A stretch of DNA of 9,703 bases. Source: Amoebidium appalachense (lineage: Eukaryota > Protista > Ichthyosporea). The position numbers and the translations under genes were made by a program. Below are positions 6,340-9,703 of this stretch, piece by piece. Location of the stretch: assembly GCA_963693365.1 (NCBI GenBank), contig CAVNZM010000094.1, forward strand, positions 1 through 9,703. Reading direction: 5' to 3'. Numbering within the stretch: position 1 is the stretch's first letter; the number at the start of each line of letters is the position of its first letter. The notes beneath the pieces are model-generated. The model saw only the letters and a list, made by a program, of their open reading frames with translations. It was not told the DNA's origin and searched no databases.

Positions 6340-7227
6340 ATGGTGGAGGGGAGGCTGGTGAACGTGCGAAAGGAAATGATCTGCTACATCGCCAGGCGCT
6401 ACGGAGGCTTTGCCCTGCCCACGCACAAGAGGCACGCAGAACTGGTTTCGATTGTACAGGCCGTGCCGGGCCTGCGCCTGCTCTTCCGGCGCGTGTTCCG
6501 TGTCTTCGACTTCCTGCGCAGGCGCCCACCCAACCTCACCAACGACACCGACCCTTTCTCTCTGGAGCCGCTGGCCCGGGACTGCTTCAAGTACACGCGC
6601 GCTGGCCACGTGTACGGATGCGATGCGGCCACCCTGGCCGACTACATCAGCAAGACCGGCAACCTCCGTGACCCGTTTGCCAACACCCCCTTCAGCGCAG
6701 CCGAGCTCGCACGCCTGGACCAGTGCACCGGGTTTGTGTTTGCGCTGTGTGTGCGTCTGCGCACCGAGAACCTGACGCGCACCAAGATGGCCGCCGTCAT
6801 CGAGCACGACGCCATGGTGCTCGTTGACCGGATGCTGGCGGACCTGGTCAGCCGCATTTCCGAGCAGCTGCAGCGCCTGCACGCCGCAGACCCCTACTCA
6901 AACGTGTCCGTCGAGGCGCACATTGCGCTTTCGCGGCTGTTTGACGAGTTCTGCAGCATCTGCAACCAGGGCAGCCGCTTCCAGCTCGAGGTGCAGACCA
7001 ACCTGCGCCGGCTGCAGGAGATGCTCGACGAGGCCGCCACCACCCACCCATCCCCCACGGTGACCTGGCTGCGCAGCGAGACCGTGCGCGTGCAGGGCCA
7101 GCTGCTTGACCGCGGTATGCCGCCCCCGCAGCAGGTCGCGGAGGGCGTGTGGATCCAGGGCCGGCAAAACGAGGTCATTGTCCATGTGGCTTCGGGCACT
7201 CTCGCAGATTTTGCACGGCGCTTGTAG
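6340..7227 (+). CDS. NCLDV-type protein with degenerate U-box/RING-like domain (295 aa)
   Basis: NDTDPFSLEPL...VYGCDAATLADYISKTGNLRDPFANTPFSAAELARL follows the DPITxE...YDxxxLxxY...DPxTxxxF U-box-like pattern common in giant viruses. Helical C-terminal half and G/C-ending codons. ATG 6340 is preferred over GTG 6313. Confidence 0.7.
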   Translation: MVEGRLVNVRKEMICYIARRYGGFALPTHKRHAELVSIVQAVPGLRLLFRRVFRVFDFLRRRPPNLTNDTDPFSLEPLARDCFKYTRAGHVYGCDAATLADYISKTGNLRDPFANTPFSAAELARLDQCTGFVFALCVRLRTENLTRTKMAAVIEHDAMVLVDRMLADLVSRISEQLQRLHAADPYSNVSVEAHIALSRLFDEFCSICNQGSRFQLEVQTNLRRLQEMLDEAATTHPSPTVTWLRSETVRVQGQLLDRGMPPPQQVAEGVWIQGRQNEVIVHVASGTLADFARRL

Positions 7228-7229
7228 CA

Positions 7230-7487
7230 ATGAGTCTGTACAACTCGGTCAACTTCAACGTCGACAACCCCCTGGACGCCCTGTTCCCGCCCATCACCAC
7301 CGACGTGCAGCGGCATCCAGGCCGCGTGGCGCGCACACACGGTGGTCCAGGCATAGGCTACCTACGTGGGGCGACCCAGCCCGGGGGGCGCTGGTTCTCT
7401 CGTGACCCCGTGCTCAGGCGCCTTGACTTCATCGTGCTGCTGCTGCTGCTGATCCTGGCGCTGGAAATCACAAAGGGGGGTTTGTAG
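7230..7487 (+). CDS. Small tail-anchored membrane protein (85 aa), unknown function
   Basis: ATG 2 nt after the upstream TAG. Reads MSLYNSVNFNVDNPLDALFPP... with a C-terminal hydrophobic helix FIVLLLLLILALEI. Coding-like codon bias. Confidence 0.72.
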   Translation: MSLYNSVNFNVDNPLDALFPPITTDVQRHPGRVARTHGGPGIGYLRGATQPGGRWFSRDPVLRRLDFIVLLLLLILALEITKGGL

Positions 7488-7523
7488 ATGGAGGGAACTT
7501 GGGTCTGATCCCAAGTTCATCTA
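7485..7523 (+). terminator. Hairpin beginning at the stop codon of the 7230 gene
   Basis: GAACTTGGG (7495-7503) pairs perfectly with CCCAAGTTC (7510-7518) around a 6-nt loop. The stem extends via TAGAT (7485-7489) / ATCTA (7519-7523) across a 5-nt bulge. Confidence 0.55.
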
Positions 7524-7613
7524 GCAGCCGACAGAGTTGCATACGAGTTGGGTAGGCCTGCTCCTACGGCTTTTGCGGACAATTCTTCCACCAGAACTGT
7601 CCCTCAGAACTAC

Positions 7614-7619
7614 AATAAA
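7614..7619 (+). promoter_or_regulatory. Putative polyadenylation signal AATAAA
   Basis: Intergenic, downstream of the 6340 and 7230 genes and upstream of the next TATA box. Confidence 0.45.
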
Positions 7620-7660
7620 CGATTGCTTCTGATCCACACGAGCACCACCCTCCTCGAAGG

Positions 7661-7667
7661 TATAAAA
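7661..7667 (+). promoter_or_regulatory. TATA box of KilA-N gene
   Basis: GGTATAAAAGGG, 40 nt before ATG 7701, which has a Kozak context (GCGCCATGG). Confidence 0.72.
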
Positions 7668-7700
7668 GGGCGACAAACGCCAGTCTAAACCACCTGCGCC

Positions 7701-9041
7701 ATGGCACGGTACAACCCCCCGCCCTATTCCACTCCCGTCATCGGGCCCACCTGGAAGCCCGCTCCTGGCAATGAGGCGCGTGTCGACACCTCGTCCGTGC
7801 CCGACTGGCCCGGGGTGCGCCCGTTCTACGCGCCCGACGGGGGGAGGGTGCTCACGTGGCTCAGCAAGTTCGACGGGCACGTGTTTTTCAACGCCGGGTA
7901 CTCGGCGGGCAAGGGGGGAGTAGAGGCGGGGGTGAGGAAGAATGCAATTGACTGGAAGAAGGACAACACACGTAAAATCGCGGATGTGGTATCATTGATA
8001 AACAAAGAGAGGACAGTAGGACAGCTCCTACTCTCCTCTGATTGGCTGGTTCGTACAACCTTTGCTAACATCAAAAAGCTCCCGGTCGTTACCTGCCCAG
8101 ACAGCTCGATAGTAAACGCGTTTGCAACCCATGGTCTGACACCCACCCTGGAGATGTTCCGCGGCACCTGGATGGCTTTCGAGCTGACAGCACCGTTCCT
8201 GCGCTTCTGCTTTCCCGACCTGGGCCAGTTCTGGGACGGCGTGATGGTCAAATCCCATTTGGGCCAGATGGATTTCTTCCCTGAATTGATCCGTATTGCG
8301 GATCAGGGACGGGGGGACGGGCACCGCACGGAAGCTGTCAACGTAGACATGAACGAGGGGTCCCGGAAGCGTGAGCGAGAAGAGGACGCCGAGTCGGCAG
8401 TGGTCAAACGAAGCACACTGGATGCCATGCTCGATCCGGATCGCTGGTTCAAACCCGGGGTTGATTTTGACACGGCCATGAAGCAGCTGCACCACTTTGT
8501 GGTTACTGTACATCGCGATTTCTGTACCAATGACAACCCCGAAGCGCTCGCCGCTGTCAAGCGCGCCGAGGAGGCTGAGCGTACCGAGAAAGCCAAACAG
8601 GACACAATACAGCGGGGCATCGACTCCACGCTTGCCATGGTCAAGGCTGTGCGCGAGATGAAGGCCGAGCTCAAGGGACTGGACGTGCACTTTGTGGCCT
8701 GGCGGCAGCTGAACTTCGAGTGGTCTCTCAAGGCGGCGGCAGGGGCGTGTGTGTACGCACTGCACATCGACGGCTACATCAAGATTGGACACACAGGGAA
8801 CTCTCTATTCGAACGCTACAAGTATGACCTCTGGTCTCACGACATGAAGGAGCTTATCATCCTGTGCATGCCCCACCGCAACAAGAAGGAGGCCGAGCAG
8901 TTCGAGAAACTGGTGCAGAACCAACTGAAGCCGGTGAGGTGTGCAGTTGGGAACAAGCGGGAGATGTTTGCCGCGGACTATGTACGCGTCTCAAATGCGT
9001 TCAAGGAAGTTTACGGAGAGGATGATATTCGGCTGGTGTGA
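7701..9041 (+). CDS. KilA-N (APSES-like) DNA-binding domain + coiled coil + T5orf172/GIY-YIG-like nuclease domain protein
   Basis: KilA-N-like motifs DGHVFFNAG, IDWKKDNTRKI and RGTWMAFELTAPFLRFCFPDL (cf. GTWVHPxLAxxFAxWxSPxF). Basic SRKRER stretch and a central helical region. C-terminal CVYALHIDGYIKIGHTGNSLFERY...EAEQFEKLVQNQLK...REMF matches the T5orf172 pattern. This architecture is common in NCLDVs. Confidence 0.8.
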   Translation: MARYNPPPYSTPVIGPTWKPAPGNEARVDTSSVPDWPGVRPFYAPDGGRVLTWLSKFDGHVFFNAGYSAGKGGVEAGVRKNAIDWKKDNTRKIADVVSLINKERTVGQLLLSSDWLVRTTFANIKKLPVVTCPDSSIVNAFATHGLTPTLEMFRGTWMAFELTAPFLRFCFPDLGQFWDGVMVKSHLGQMDFFPELIRIADQGRGDGHRTEAVNVDMNEGSRKREREEDAESAVVKRSTLDAMLDPDRWFKPGVDFDTAMKQLHHFVVTVHRDFCTNDNPEALAAVKRAEEAERTEKAKQDTIQRGIDSTLAMVKAVREMKAELKGLDVHFVAWRQLNFEWSLKAAAGACVYALHIDGYIKIGHTGNSLFERYKYDLWSHDMKELIILCMPHRNKKEAEQFEKLVQNQLKPVRCAVGNKREMFAADYVRVSNAFKEVYGEDDIRLV

Positions 9042-9074
9042 TCTGGTTTTCTGTGGATGACAGGGCACTCAACC

Positions 9075-9081
9075 TATAAAA
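9075..9081 (+). promoter_or_regulatory. TATA box of 9121 gene
   Basis: CTATAAAAG, 46 nt before ATG 9121. Confidence 0.68.
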
Positions 9082-9120
9082 GCGATCAATATCTGTTTAT
9101 TTGTTCATTCTGCATTCGCT

Positions 9121-9624
9121 ATGGACTTAGACACGATCATGGATTTGGAGGTTCTGAGGAGAAAACGTGAGCTTGAGCGCCAGTATAGAAAATACGTAGA
9201 GGCCATCCGGGCTGACCTGGATGCCCTCAACCCCTCATTCGACGCACGATACCATATCATAAGCGGTCTAAATACAGTCCAAACTTCTGCGGCAAGACAT
9301 GGTGCTTGTTTTTACTTCATAAATCTACCTGACAACACAATTGCTTTTGGTTACACGGGCAAGGGCCTGGACAGAAAGTACCCCCCTTCTGGGCCCATAC
9401 GTGTTATCAATGGCTCAGTATTGCTTGCCATCCCGGCCCAGAACAAGCAAATCGCTGCACGCATGAAAGCGGAATTCAAGTCGTTGATGCACAAGTATGC
9501 AAGTTCCATGCAAATTGATGGGTCTGAAATCATCGGTAACGACTATGAGCTGTTCAGATCTGTGATGGAGAAATGGAACAGCTGCGCTATTGAGGAGGGC
9601 TGGTCGACCTTGGCGCTTGCCTAG
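9121..9624 (+). CDS. Degenerate T5orf172/GIY-YIG-like protein, paralogue of the upstream C-terminal domain (167 aa)
   Basis: GACFYFINLPDNTIAFGYTGKGLDRKY aligns with upstream GACVYALHIDGYIKIGHTGNSLFERY. VLLAIPAQNKQIAARMK aligns with IILCMPHRNKKEAEQFE. SEIIGNDYELF aligns with REMFAADYVRV. Has its own TATA box. Confidence 0.72.
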   Translation: MDLDTIMDLEVLRRKRELERQYRKYVEAIRADLDALNPSFDARYHIISGLNTVQTSAARHGACFYFINLPDNTIAFGYTGKGLDRKYPPSGPIRVINGSVLLAIPAQNKQIAARMKAEFKSLMHKYASSMQIDGSEIIGNDYELFRSVMEKWNSCAIEEGWSTLALA

Positions 9625-9703
9625 GACACTCCTTGGTCAGAGGCTAGCGCTAATGAGCGCGTGTACTGGTTACGCCAGCATAAAGAAGATACCAAGGTCA
9701 GTT

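Noticed and set aside
7149-7229. N-terminal extension of the small membrane protein from 7149
   Set aside because: It overlaps the upstream gene and is not protein-like. ATG 7230 directly follows the upstream stop.
9650-9690. Hammerhead ribozyme or tRNA (CTAATGAG resembles CUGAUGAG; 7-bp closing stem)
   Set aside because: The invariant CUGA and GAAA core is missing. There is no third arm or T-loop consensus for a tRNA.

Overview
Gene-dense, GC-rich window that looks like part of a eukaryotic large DNA virus (Nucleocytoviricota-like), either free or endogenised. The lineage cannot be fixed from this window. Order of genes: a membrane-anchored protein with a P11-type minor-capsid motif (minus strand), divergent from a viral-type PCNA; a 1470-aa ORF with a complete IS630/Tc1/mariner-type DDE transposase (HTH region plus D794/D916/E955) embedded in frame between about 630 aa of unknown N-terminal sequence and about 470 aa of C-terminal sequence; a U-box/RING-like protein; a small tail-anchored membrane protein; a KilA-N + T5orf172/GIY-YIG-like protein; and a shorter, degenerate, lower-GC paralogue of that nuclease domain. 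Four TATAAAA boxes sit upstream of plus-strand genes, and Kozak-like starts and AATAAA signals point to host nuclear RNA polymerase II transcription. The most interesting candidate is the giant DDE fusion protein. I found no terminal inverted repeats around it, and it sits 19 bp after PCNA among viral genes, so it may be a domesticated viral integrase. All family assignments come from motif recognition by eye, not from database searches.
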